Assembly (NCBI GenBank): GCA_965153455.1
Contig: OZ234493.1
Span: 21,690,213-21,754,212, forward strand
Direction of reading: 5' to 3'
DNA: 64,000 nt
Origin: Sphagnum compactum
Taxonomy: Eukaryota
Shown here: piece after piece, positions 12,801 through 26,074 of the stretch
Numbering within the stretch: position 1 is the stretch's first letter
Layout of the letters: each line of letters starts with the position of its first letter
Program-made: the position numbers and the translations under genes
The notes under the pieces: generated by a model
What the model saw: only the letters and a program-made list of their open reading frames with translations
Told to the model about the DNA's origin: nothing
The model's database searches: none

Positions 12801-15114
12801 GCCAATAAAAAAAAAGGCTAATTTGGAGTGGCAACCTAGAGAACTGGACGCTAATTTTGCGAACGTCGGCCCTTAAGGCCGCTTATGTAAGGCCGCGCAT
12901 GTCTCTGCTTCCCTCGTTACACTTGAGCAATGCCGTGTGTCTCTTCTTCTATCGCACTTCGACTTCTTTGCTGTCGTCGCAGACTCCGTTCTCGTGCTTC
13001 GAAATCTTGGACCCCAGCGTGCACGCAATCGCGCGCTCAGAGAGGCAAGAATGTCAAATTTACCCCGGGATCTTTCTTCCCCTTTGGATGCTGTTTTTGC
13101 ACGTCTGTTTGCGGTGATGTTGGCTAGGGTTTGGTGCTCCCGGGGTTGGTGGTGGTCGGGTGAAAGCTGGAACTCCAGAGCTCGTAAGCTGGTGTGTGTT
13201 GTTGTTTTTTCCTCTTTATTCTCTGTCACAGATTTGGTGACCTGCGTGTGGTTTCTTGTGCTTTTCTGCGGTCTGTGGAACTCTATTGGACTCGTTCTGT
13301 CGTTTTGGATTTTCTTTTTTCGAATTCTCAATCCCGTCCCTAGCACAGGGCAAGCAAGCTGTGATTTGATCCGTTTAGAAGCTTTTTAGCCTTCAGAGAA
13401 GGTAACGGTGGTTGTAATTTTCGTTGTTGATTCACCGACTATAGCGTTTTTTGGTCGGTGCTTTGTCTTCTCCCTTGTCCCTCCCTACTTTAAATATTCG
13501 GTTTTTTCCCTCTTTGCGTGGGAACTGCAATTGGCTAGTTCCAGATTTCCATTTACCTCAATTCTCCCTGTAGTTCTGGAGTCATTTTTGCCTTTCGGCT
13601 TTTTCCCGGTCAGGCGCTTTGATTGTTAAGCTTTTCGATGTTTGGCGCTTCTTTTCCGGGGCATCGTAGTTGTCTTCCTGCTTCAGTTCAGACAGGTACA
13701 CAGATCTACAGATATACCTGAGCTGTGCTGTTCAAAGTTTGGATGCCAGGGTTTCCGTTTCTTATTGGGGCTTTTGCTTATGCTTGTTTCTTCTGTTTGT
13801 CATAGTAACCAAACTGGATGTATACTAGTTTGACGTCAGTTTGACATGCTTGTTCTGAAAATTCGCACAGGATGGTAATGTATTGATGTCTCTGAATTTG
13901 AGCTTTGAGTTTTTTTTTCTACAAAAAGTTGTAGCCACTGCTGAGGAGCTTAGAGAGCCTGGATCGAATCCTGGATGTGGTTATTAGATATGGTGCCAAG
14001 CTTTCTCAATTCAGCGACTTAATTGTGCATCTTGCCAATTACTAATTCTCCTTCTGTCATTATATGAGGCAACATCCCAAGTAGCCACTTGACAAGGTTT
14101 TGTGTCAGGATGTGTGCACTGGAGTGCAAGTAGAGGTGCAGTACAAAAGTAGGAAGATTTGTAAGTCATCAAAGGTTATTTTCATAGAGTTTTCAGGTGC
14201 CTGTCTTCTTTCTACAAGAATGGTTGTCTCAGCAGATGCTGCTGAAGACAACTTGAATTTTACATGATTTTAGGGTCTCTTCTAAGGTAGTATCCTGATC
14301 TCTGTCTCAAAAAGTGGGTACATTTTTGTGCTCCTCTCTCAAAGATCTGTGATTTGCACAAGTGTGTAGCTCTGCAAAGGACTGAGGTCTTGTACGATTT
14401 CAACCAGGGAAGGCCTAAATGAAGCCTTTGGAAGGACTTGCATTGGCCTAATTGTATGTGCATAGGATTGAAATTTGGAGTATGAAGGATTTGTAAGGGG
14501 GATTGCGAGACCTCCCTCATCACATTATTTTCATCTAACCATTATTTTCATGGAGCTGAAAAATTATTTGAGTAGGCCTACATGCTGAGCTCAATCCATA
14601 AAAATTGAATACTAATTTGCTCCATACCCTAGGTACAAACCTCCTCTGGAAATGGTCTCACCTCAATATGCACCTGAATGTACTCTCCATATGAACTGGA
14701 TCTGTCCATTTCCATAACTGTGCTCAATAGTGTGATGTACAGACCAATTACAAAGGGCTTCTACTGAGTGTCATGAATGGTGGAGGATGTGCTTCAGAAC
14801 CCTAGATGAAGTTGTGTGTAATCATGTGCTGAAAACCCTAATTGGCTCTGTTCGTTAATGCAAATATGTTTGTTGGCTTTTGTGCAGGAGTCTGATCCTT
14901 AATACTTGCTGTCCACTTAAATTGATTGAGGGACTCCAGTAATAGGACAATTCCAAGAGCAGCAGGGAGATAGAGAAAGAGCAAAGGAATATGCTCATGC
15001 ACATGTTACTGTGTCTCCAGTTATATCTGCTGTGAATTTTTGTGGTTGCTGTCCATTGGCTATCTGCTTCAAGCCACCTTTGGTGGTGATTTTTCTTTGA
15101 TCCTATTTGTCAAG

Positions 15115-18100
15115 ATGCCGAATAAGCAGGAAAGCAAGTCTGAAGGAGATGGAAATACTGCAGCTGAGCCTCCTGATAATGATGGTGATGATGATGACTC
15201 AGAATTTGTTGAAGTTGATCCTACAGGTCGCTATGGTCGGGTCAGTGTTGGCATGGCCCTTCTCTCTGGTGCTTCTTATTATGTTCTCCTTTTTCTCTGT
15301 CCAATGCTTTTCTATTGGGCCTGCCTTTTTGAGGATCTTTGAATCTCTAACATAGGTTTGGGGTATGGTGATGCAGTATGATGACGTTCTGGGCAAAGGG
15401 GCTTTCAAGACTGTGTATCCTATTTCAGCTCTTTCTTAGGTTCTTCCTAGTCTTGAAATGGAATGAATGTGTTACTTACTGTGAATACATCACAAGAACT
15501 TGGGCACAATTTTTCTGGCATGATGTTATAATGTGTTCTTCATGGCACAGTGTACCCTTAACTCCTTTGCAGTTACAGAGCATTCGATGAAGTGGATGGA
15601 ATTGAAGTGGCATGGAACCAAGTGAAAGTTCAAGATGTTTTGAAGAGTCCTGAGGATCTGGAGCGCCTTTATTCAGAAGTTCACTTGTTGAAGACACTGA
15701 AACACAAGAACATCATCAAGTTCTACAATTCATGGGTGGACACCAAGACCAAAAATGTGAACTTCATCACTGAGATCTTTACGTCTGGCACTTTGAGGCA
15801 GTAAGTACTCAATTTCTTATCCAGTTGCTTTAGCTTCAGCTCGGTCGAAATAGGTGAGAATCTAGGAGGAGAGGTTGGTGAGTTTCAGAAGCTTCTTTGA
15901 AACTTTGGACACTACTGGGTTGCCCAGATACTTTATTGTCATGAGAACTCTTGTATGTTTGGAAGTCTTACATGTCAGAGCAAATCCTTTTCATTTGACC
16001 CCTCTACATGACTGGAAGTTGGCTGATTCCTACTTTCTGGTTTTAAATGCCCTTGCATTTAATTTGTGCTGGATATATGACATAATTTATTTACCTACTG
16101 ATGATGCCTGCCCAAGAATTGCATCTCACTAGAAATTAGCAAGATTATCAGTATGAGGGGGTAAGACATGACAAAAGGCTTCTCATATTGTGCAACTTCA
16201 ATTACAATCTTAATGGTGTTCAGTATGAGGGAAAGATATTGACTCTACAGAATAGGCTCCATGTCCTTTGTTGAAATGAAACACAAGCTATGCATGCAGA
16301 CAAATTGGGGTGAGGTTTGTTGTCAGGGGAGGTAAATGGATGTCAATTGACCAATTGAGTATTGTGATTCAGGTACCGCAAAAAACACAAGCATGTTGAC
16401 ATTAAGGCAGTTAAGAATTGGTCACGCCAGATATTGCGTGGGCTTCTTTACCTGCATAGTCATGATCCACCTATCATACACCGGGACCTTAAGTGTGACA
16501 ACATTTTTGTGAATGGCAATCAAGGGGAGGTCAAGATTGGAGACCTTGGACTTGCAGCCATTTTGCGACAGGCACATGCAGCTCACAGTGTGATTGGTGG
16601 GTATTCTATTGTGCATTCCTTATGTGCTGCTCACTGGGCAGCTCACTTTCTGAGAGGGGGCATTACTTAGGGATCTACTGGGATAAAGCCTCAGTTATAC
16701 AGGCTTTTGCTGTCGACTCTTCTTGGGCCTCTTTTTCCATCTTTCTGTATCTGTTTTGCATACATGTCTGTTTTCTCTCTGTAGTGTGCAATGTGCCTTG
16801 TGGACATGGACCTGCTTGCAATGACTTGAAAGGAATCAGCCAGAGTATGCTAAAAGTGCTCAGCTTTCATGCAGTGTCTATTGTACATGAGGTAGAGTCT
16901 TCACTTAGCAAGAATGAGGAACTTAGTCCTGGTATTTGTTGATGCCAATCCTGCAATCCCTAAGATTACAGCTTGCCTTTTTGGGTGTAGCTACTGAGTA
17001 ATCCACGGGCAGTGACTGATGATTGTCAGAAGGTTGTCACAGGAAATTTGGAAGTCTTGTGCAATTTGTGTGGCCTTAAGGTCAGCTAGTGGTGTGAACC
17101 ACATAAAATGTGGCGTTCTTTTTGCAAAAGCCGGTCACTCTTGTAACGTTTTTCTCATCTAATGCACAATAAGTTGTTTTTGCAGGGACACCTGAGTTCA
17201 TGGCTCCTGAACTCTATGAAGAAGAATACAATGAGCTTGTTGACATTTATTCTTTTGGAATGTGCCTTTTGGAGATGGTTACCTTTGAGTATCCTTATAG
17301 TGAGTGCACTAATGCTGCACAGATCTACAAGAAGGTGACATCGGTAAGAAGCTCTGTTATTTTGCTTGTTCCCTTAGTGTTTCTCCAGTCTTCTCACTAA
17401 ATTCTTTCTTTTTTCTGTTTCATGTTAGATATCTCTCTGCATATGGAGTACCTTGCTTACTAACTGTGTTCTTTCATGAGGCATACATTGAAAGGAGGGT
17501 GGAAATGTGTTTCTTTGATGTCTTGCAGGGAAAGAAGCCAGCTGCTCTTGAAAAACTGAAGGACCCTGAGGTTCGTGCATTTGTTGACAAGTGCCTGGCT
17601 GCAGCATCAGTAAGGCTACCTGCAAGAGAGCTCTTAATGGACCCATTTCTCCAATGTGAAGGTGATCGTGAAGCTGTAGAATGTGGACCATCTTTACTGA
17701 TTGCAAAGAGCCGGACAGATGACATGGAAGAGCTTGGTGTGATTTTTGAAGACCCAGTACCATCAATGCCTACCTCATTGGACTCCTACTCCAAACGGAA
17801 GGGGGTGGGAAATTCTAGTGAAGACAAAGCAGATGTTGCCAGCACATCAAGAAGACCACCGCTGTTGTCAGTGGGTCAGGAGCCTCAAACAGAGGATGAC
17901 CTTCAACCCAGAAGCACTCGCTTTGAGACTGAAAAACTCTCAGGGGAGAAGGAACGGGCACGCAGGAGTAGCAGAGACTTTCGAGTAAAGGGAAAAAGAG
18001 GAGATGATGACACCATTTTCTTGAGACTCCGCATTGCTGATCATGATGGTGAGTAGTAATTACAAGCTGTTTGCTCAAAATGATCTTTTCCAATGAGAAG

Positions 18101-19564
18101 TTTCCCACTTTATATGTGGTTTTGCAGGAATACAAGCCCACTCATTGGACAAGTAGTGATATAAGCTTCAGAGAATATATACTGGTTGCACCATGGTGCC
18201 AGAGAAAGGTAACATTTTGGGATTCTTCTTTGGCAGGTCACAGCCGTAACATCCACTTCCCTTTTAATGTCGAGACAGACACAGCAATGAGTGTTGCAAG
18301 TGAGATGGTGGCAGAGCTTGACCTGTCTGACCAAGATGTTACCACCATTGCTGAGATGATTGATGTGGAGATCCTTGCGTTGGTTCCTGAATGGAAACCA
18401 GGGGTTGCTATTGATGACACTGGTGCCACTGATGGTGAAACAGGTGGACCCAATGAGGATGGTCATGCAATACTACAAGATGAGTCTGATCCAATGGCCA
18501 CAGTATCTTCAGAGGACTCTTTAATTGAACTACAGGCATCTAGTTGGAAACCACGCTCTTTTTCCCCCAAAATCAGCTCCATAGCTGTAACCTCTCCTCC
18601 AAGGGTGGTTGAGGGGACTATGCATGGACGCTTTGAAGAAGTAAAGTACAGTCATCGACCTGATCTCCCTCAGTGTGGACCTGAAAGTTCTTTAGTCTTC
18701 TCCAGTGATTCTTCTGAAGGACACATGAGAGTTGGAGGAGATTGGGAACATAGCAGACCTAAGTCTGAAGCTTCTGTAGCAGACAGTGCGTCACCTACTA
18801 ATAGATCTTTCTCCTCTGGCCTAAAGCACACACATCTTGCTGAGGAGGATTGTGATAGTGACGCAGGGTCTTTTGATCAGCTTAGTGAGGTGAGAAGTAG
18901 AGATAGTGCCCACTTCCCATGCCGGCCTCAGGAGGAAGGATCTTTTGAAGATAATGAAAGTTTCTACAGGAGCAATGATCATGTTGAAGACAGGGGCCTC
19001 TCAGATTGGAGCAACCATAGTGAAGGGGAAGAAGCCATCACAAATCGTGAACTGGAGAGATTGGCATTACAACAGCAGGAAGAGCTTTCTGACCTCCAAC
19101 GCCGCCATGAGCAAGCCTTGCTTGCAATCAAAAGTCGGATGTGGCAGAAATCTTCACAGTTAGAAGAGTTGCACCCAATCACACCAAATTCACGCCGCAC
19201 CCATTCATCCAATGAAGATTTCCATCAGAACAAAGTAAGGAACCAGAGCTTTCAATCGGTACAGCCTCACTCAGCCTCATACACAGAACTTGACAGCAAG
19301 CATTTTCATGAAACTCAGCATGGCAAGCTTCCTGTGGAGGAGATGGAAGAGTTAAGCAGGTTTGGTTCAAGAAAAGGTGAAGTTATGGTTGCAAGTGATG
19401 TCAGGTTTGTGGGTGAAGCAAGAGGATTTGGGCTGGGGCACAACTTGCAAGGCCATTTTGCTCAAGAATCATCATCTGATAGGAGGTCTAATAAACGACG
19501 CTCACGGAAGCCAGATGCAGAAGCAAGAGAGCATGGGAAATTCAAAGAGTCGCACTTCTATTAG
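15115..19564 (+). CDS. WNK: WNK (With No Lysine) Ser/Thr kinase; join(15115-15240,15377-15414,15573-15800,16373-16596,17186-17343,17529-18048,18237-19564)
   Basis: All junctions are GT-AG and phase-compatible. Motifs: [28 protein letters not shown] (WNK catalytic Lys in subdomain I), [41 protein letters not shown], autoinhibitory domain ([26 protein letters not shown]), MHGRFEEV, C-terminal coiled coil. The exact 3' end is less certain. Confidence 0.95.
15415..15572 (+). other. U12-type (minor spliceosome) GT-AG intron, WNK intron 2
   Basis: 5' site GTATCCTAT (U12 consensus RTATCCTT). Branch-site CCTTAAC at 15556-15562, ending 8 nt before the AG. Confidence 0.8.
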
Positions 19565-22500
19565 AACTTCCTCATTCTTGGGTTGATCACAAGGCGTACA
19601 CTGGGAATCACAGCTTCCTGTCTCAAGGGAATGAATACTCTGCTGCACTGACTACTTCAAAGGTTTAATAATACCTAGTTCAATCTCTTAGTTATTATCA
19701 TGTTGCAGCTGTTATCTCCATAGCATTGGGTTCATGGTCACAGAGGAATGGTTTGTGAGCTGCAATCTTCTGGTTTTTACGTACAAAAGTATGTCATTGT
19801 ATTCTTTGGGTGCATAATTCAGGGCAGAAATTTATCTGCTGCTTGTGTTATGTCCTTTGTCTGATTTTCTTTTGTACATCTTTCCTCCATAGTTGCAGTT
19901 CCTTTGTTTTGGTTTCACTGCAATAGTTTTGCTTTTGTACAGAGCTGGAGCTCCAGATGATGCAGGTGTACCACATCCAAAGAGGTAACTTCATCAGAAC
20001 AACTTCAAGAGGGTGTTGGTGTTATTAAACACCATGGAAAGTTCAGGGACTCAAGCACTGGTGAATTTAGTGACTGCTTTTATTCACTCAGAGACACCAT
20101 GTTTAACAAACTGCCTGGCTATCTCAAACTGACTGCTGATCTCCCTTGATGTAATTGTTGGCGTCTTGTTGTAGTGAGTGAGATTTGCTGCCTCCTGTGG
20201 GAAGTACTCAAAGATGTTGGTGAAGAAGGAATTCATGATTAAGAAAGAAAAGAGAGAGGAGGAATAAAATGACTTGGGAAAGAAAATGACAATCAGCATT
20301 TTGTAAAACATAGGAGTTTGAATATAATCAAAGCTGTACTGCATTTTTTAAGAATGCCAAGTTATGTATGGGTTGAATTATCAAAATTGGAGTGACTGGA
20401 TAAACAAAGGTAATCTTTAAGTGGTATTTTGTGCAATTGCAACATTCAATCATCTCTGCTCAAAATTGCAGTGCATCTTGAGGAATTCAAATCATAGATG
20501 AGAGCATCGCTGCTGGAAAAATTGTAATCTTTATCTTATTGAGCAGAGTTTTGGTATGATTTTGTTGGCAACTTTGACAGCAATTTTCAGTTTGTGCTTC
20601 AATAGTGATTTGTAACCATTGCATTTCATATATATATTGTTCCTTTAATTGTTATTGAATGAATGAATTTACTCAAGTTCTAATATTGCGAGAGGCCCCA
20701 AAACCCAAAAAATTCGTTTTTCTTATCCCTTTGTACATTTTCCTAATCTAATCTACAGTGTGTCTATCAATAAAGTTTTACAGGGTTGCATCATCAAAAA
20801 ATTGCCTCATGATTGTCATTGTGAGACCCTGGGTGTCTTTCAATAAACTTCAAAAAACCTTAGAACCAGCAAAGCTTTTGTGACTGTCGTCAAATCCTTT
20901 TGTATCATGGCTGGCACAGAAGAGAAGTGAGAGTGTGGGAAGTCACTGATGTAGACGTTGTCAATTTACCCTATGAATGCTAAGCCTGCCACCTGACTAG
21001 TAATGTCCTAGCTGCTTGACGGCTCCAAGCTTCTTTTCCCTTGATCTGGTGATCCAGTTTTTGAGTTTTCTGAGGGATTAGGTTTTGCATTTTTGCATTT
21101 CTTCAGATCATCTGACTCTCTCCTCCAGTCTCAAGTGAAAAGGCTGCTGCTATAGGTGTATGTGGTGTATGGTGGTATAAGTAGCCTGCATAGTATATAG
21201 CAGTCAATTATGTTTTGAGGGCTCTTGCATGGTGGGTATCTCAGTGTGAAGTTATGTCAGCTCTTTCTGACACCCATCTCTGACATATTGATATCAAATG
21301 GCTGTTTGTTTGCACATCTAGGAATTCTCCTGCACATCTATTAGTTTCATAGGTGGGGCTGCCTCAATGATGCCACAACACAGCTTGGCTTATGAGAACT
21401 CTTTCATGTCCTGATCTAATGCCTGTCATGGAATCATGGACAGCTTCAGGAGAAGCTAGAGAACTTGTCATCATGACTACATTGATGGGGTTTGTAAGGC
21501 AAAAAAGGACTTCCAAATTGGCACCTGAGGTTCTCTTCTTTAGAATCACTTGAATGCAAAGCTCACTGATGCTTCTTTGCAAGCGCAGGGGTCCTTCAAC
21601 TGCAAGCTTTTCCCAAATAGTTGGTGTTTACTTCACTGTTGTCCTGTTGGCCCTCATCTACGTGGATTGAATGAGTTGCCCATCAGCATGTCCCCTCCAC
21701 CTCTTGCCTGTTTCTAGGGAATATGATGAGGGGGGGAGGGGAAATAGTTTTGCAACTCCCTTGTTAGACAGAATTATTGAGAGAAAGCTGGATGCTGGAG
21801 ATACTTGGACCAGGTTGTGGTTCTAACTGTGAAGCAGGATAGTGTTTGCAGCTCTGGTCTTCAGTCGACACCCATGTGTGCCACCTTCTCACACAACAAC
21901 TCATCATAGAAGCCTTTTCATCAAGAGCACCATCTCTTTTGTGTGTATTGGATGATCCATGGACTCAATATGCGACATATGTGTACTGTGACTTTTTTCC
22001 ACAAATGTTCGTATTTAGTGGTTGAGGTAGAACATGGTGTAGATTCTCTGTGACAGTGTTAGGCTATGTCTTGGCTCTTGTTTCTTGCATAGGAGTTTGT
22101 AGATGCAGGTTCAGGTTTCAGAAATGTTCTATCTGGTGTGCAGCATCCTTCATCAGAGAACCTGCTGTGATTTTACTTGCTTTCAAGCATGCACACACTG
22201 AAGTACAATAACCCCCAATATTATCATCTGGTGCTGTTTGCATATAGTGTGAGGTTGGGAGAGCCATTCCATGGAGCAAGGCCAAGAGGACCAGAGCCCA
22301 GGACATTGCGAAATGCATGGCAACTGCTTGGTGCCAGATTGTTCAGGATGATCCTCTTGGTGCATGTAACATTTGTAAAGCATCTTTGGGGATTCACATT
22401 GGAGGCAGGAAGAAGGATCTGAGCAAGCTTGCTCAAAAGGCTGATGTTGGGTTGCGATATTTGGCAGTGTTGCAATGATGCCATAGCTTTTCAATTGTCA

Positions 22501-23215
22501 CTAGAGCAAGAGTGCCAGCACCTCAAGCTACCTCATTGTACTGGACAACATTTGGCTTCTGTCTGAAGATGCAGTCTGATTCCTGTCCTAGAAGACGCTT
22601 CCCAGTTTCTCATTCACAGTTACAGATGAGAATGTGAACACTGATAAGAAGAATATTTGATCAACTCACATTCATAAGGGGGGCCCAGGGCTTGCTACAG
22701 TTTGTGGAGCTTTGAAAACAGCATCTGAGATTCAAAACGAGAGCACTAGTATGGGAGACAGTACCAGTTTGCTATTGAGAGGTTTGTAAAAAATACCTGT
22801 CCCGAAGGCAACTGAACCAATGGGATTTTTCTCATTGCATATAAAATATTGTGCTCTTTACATATAATATGCACATTCCTGAATGAAAGTGCATTCTCCA
22901 GACCACAGAAACGGTTCTTTCAACAGGAAACACAAACTACCTAACCTGCTTGACCACATTAAAATCACCTTCATAGATTTTGACTCAAAATATGCGATGA
23001 TTACATGGATTTCCAATTTTCCTGTCATAGGATTCTTGGACAGTACTTGAAAGCAGATTGTCTATGGACATTCATTGTTTCTTTCAGGGTATGACTCGCA
23101 CTCCCACTGATTTTGCTAGCAAATGATGTGCTATCCAACAATGTATAGCTATTGTACATGTGTCTCTTAACATCAGCGCTTTGTCTAGGGATACGATAAG
23201 AAAATAGGCTGATCT

Positions 23216-23460
23216 TCAGTACTTCAATTTGGGTTCCTGGGCTTGATCCGATCTTTTTTGCATTGCTTCAAACTTAGTGCCCATTTCATCCACTAGTTTA
23301 GTAAGGACTTCAACAAGGCCTCGAGCTTGCTCATTCCAGAGTTCTCGGTCTAGACCGAGATGTCGTTGCAAGTCTTTGGTACTTTTATCCAACATCGAGA
23401 TCGACTGCTCTTCAATCGATCCCGTTTGTTGCTTCCTTTTCTTTTTCCCCACAGGATAGA
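23216..23460 (-). pseudogene. Fragment resembling the C-terminal coiled coil of ASR3/SH4-like trihelix factors
   Basis: KKKRK...LQRHLGLDRELWNEQARGLVEVLTKLVDEMG resembles the LDRxQRxEQxxxLVxVLxKL tail of plant trihelix proteins. No intact Myb/SANT domain seen upstream. Confidence 0.4.
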
Positions 23461-24830
23461 CTCTCACCTCCTGATCAGCATCCACAGAAAGCAAAATCAT
23501 CTAACACACTTGTTGAAAATTCTCAAATGGTTCTTATCATAGTTATACATAATTCATTGGAGCCATAACCTCAAACCTGTAACGTGTAATTGGGTATCTG
23601 CACAACAACACAAATCCACCACCAAACTGTAGGAACTGTCGCTCCAGCTTTCAAGATTTGAGGGTCTCGGGGTTCTAGAGGGTTTTGGGGCAATTACAAC
23701 CTCCGGATGACGTTCAGTCTGGAACTGTCCGACTAAGAAATGCCCAGGTGGTGGTGCTGGGAAGGAAAATGGAATTGAGTCCACTTGGGAAGCTCGAGAG
23801 GGATTTGCATCTGGGTCTACGCCGGAGGCTCGCTCTTCTCATGTACCGGATAGTGAGGAGCGAGAGCAATTGCCAAGGCTTTTGCGAAGGTGCAAATGTT
23901 TTCATCATCAGAGCAGCAAGTGCAATTGTCCTGTGCGGGATGTAACTTGTTTGTAGACCACAAAAGCTGCAGCTCCACCACGACATGGGGAAGAGGCAGG
24001 TCGACCAGCAGGAACTGGCTCAATGTGTCTGTGTGCACCCGCAATCGCACTCTTCCCATCAACAACTTTCGCAGTACAACGCACTTCTTTCCAGAGCGTA
24101 CCGGATAGAAACAAAGGCGGTACTGAGAGATCAAGAAAGATGTAAGCCATTTTTGTTTTGGTCCTCTCTCTTTGTGTACTGCCTTCTTCTCAGAACGTGT
24201 GTTTTGTTTGCCGAAAATCTTGCCCTGATCATACTGATATCTTCCGGAACAAATCGAAAGATTGGACACAATCTATGCAGGATACAATACCTTATCGTGG
24301 CTTCTATGTGATGAAATGTCATGATTAGATGCAAGTTTTTCTGGGCCAGCAAGAGAAAGTGTGGCGTGAATTCTTTTTGGATAATTCGCCGTGGTGGGAT
24401 CACAGTTCAGAGAAGGTAACTGAACATCAACCTTGTCACAGTTCACATGGGCCAATGGAGCCATAGCTCTTGTTGGTGTCAATCTTGTTTGTCTCTCTCG
24501 GTTGCTATCCTACCATGGTCTAGACTTTGGCAGAAATTCTTTAAAGATCTTTTGCAGTGGTTGGATTGTAGTAATAGGTTGGAGAAGGTGAGTAATGCAA
24601 TATCCTGTGACAAAATTCTCTCACTAATGGAGAAGGTCAGTGCAGCCTCTGTATTCATATGGGAGCATGTATGCCTGGGATGTGGAGATTACATGGCTGA
24701 TCAGCTTGATCTGGACTTCTGGTTGTAGGCAAATCAGAGGTACCCAGATTTCAAACATAAGAAGATACAAGAAGCACTCTGGCTTGAAGACTGATGAAAC
24801 CCACCATAGGTGGCAGCAGAGCTGGCTGCA

Positions 24831-26074
24831 ATGGCACCAGGCACAGTGCAATTGAACATTTTTGCATGGAATAAAGGGATTACAAAATGTGTGAAGGCTG
24901 GGCAACCTGAGAAGGTGATGCAGCTTTTCCAACAAATGCAACAAGAAGGAATGATTCCTGACAAATACACTTTCATTCAGGTGATAATGCATGTGCTGGT
25001 TTAGGATCACTTCCAGATCGCAGGCATGTTCATGAACAGATCATTCAAAGTGGTTGCCAGTTCAATGTCTTTGTGGCGAATAGCTTGGTTGACATGTATA
25101 CAAAATGTGGGAGCATGGAGGATGCTTGGAGAGTGTTCAACAAAATACCATCATGTGATGTGGTCTCTCGGAATGCCATGCTGGAGGATGTGCCCTGCAT
25201 GATGGTAAGGAAGCTCTCACACATTTTGAACAGATGTGTGAAGAAGGTGTACTGCCCAATGATATCACTTCTGTTTGTCTTCTGTCAGCTTGTAGCCATG
25301 CAGGTATGGTGGATGAAGGCATGCGCTGTTATGCCTCAATGATCACAGTTTATATAATTTCTGCAAAATTGGAACATTACACCTACATGATTGACCTTCT
25401 TGGCTGTGCTGGTCATCCACAGGAGGCAGAGAATATGATCAAGGTGATGCCCTGTAAACCACATGTGGCTGCATGGAGGGCTTTGCTTGGTGCTTCCAGA
25501 ATTCATGGTAATGTGGAAATGGAATGCATTGCTAAACAAGTTCCTGAATTGGAGCCTGAAAATGCTGCTGGTTATGTGCTGCTATCAAACATCTATGCTG
25601 CTGTTGGCAACAAGCATCTTTGTGAGAATGTTGAACAGCAGAGAAAGGAAAGAGGTGTGAAGAAACAGCTGGGATGCACCTGGATTGAAGTGAATAATGA
25701 GGTGCATACATTTGTAGTAGACGATCAAGACCACCCTCAGATGATTGAAATCTGTGCAGAACTGAAGAGATTGTCAGAACTCAGGGCTCATGCATGATGC
25801 TGTGCTTTATATTCATTATATTTGTTTTGCATGATGTGGAAGAAGAAAAGGTCTTTCATATGTGTGACGATATTGAGAAACTGGCTATTGCATTGGGGCT
25901 CATCAACACAACTCCTGGTACTCCACTCCAATAGTAAAAAATCTTCAGGTTTGTGAAGATTGCCACACTGCCACAAAGTTCATTTCAAAAATAGTTCAGA
26001 GATCAATCATGGTGAGGGATGCACATCACTTTCATCATTTTGAGGATGTTTGTTCTTGCCTGGACTATTGGTGA
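24831..26074 (+). pseudogene. PLS-class PPR-E-DYW RNA-editing factor pseudogene (intronless)
   Basis: PPR motifs (VMQLFQQMQQEGMIPDKYTF; ANSLVDMYTKCGSMEDAWRVFNK), E domain (AAGYVLLSNIYAA), PG box (KKQLGCTWIEVNNEVHTF), CEDCH and terminal CSCLDYW-stop. Several frameshifts and a stop at 25795-25797. HSEKLA reads DIEKLA. Confidence 0.92.

Noticed and set aside
12857-13833. Cluster of overlapping ORFs (up to 157 aa) on both strands
   Set aside because: CpG- and pyrimidine-rich region in the position of the WNK promoter/5' UTR; translations show no domain features.
19565-20100. Extra WNK 3' coding exon or frameshifted extension
   Set aside because: Short alternative frames and splice-like sites exist, but no consistent in-frame model could be built; needs transcript data.
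22240-22480. Protein-like frame IPWSKAKRTRAQDIAKCMATAWCQIV
   Set aside because: No family recognised and no supporting exon structure.
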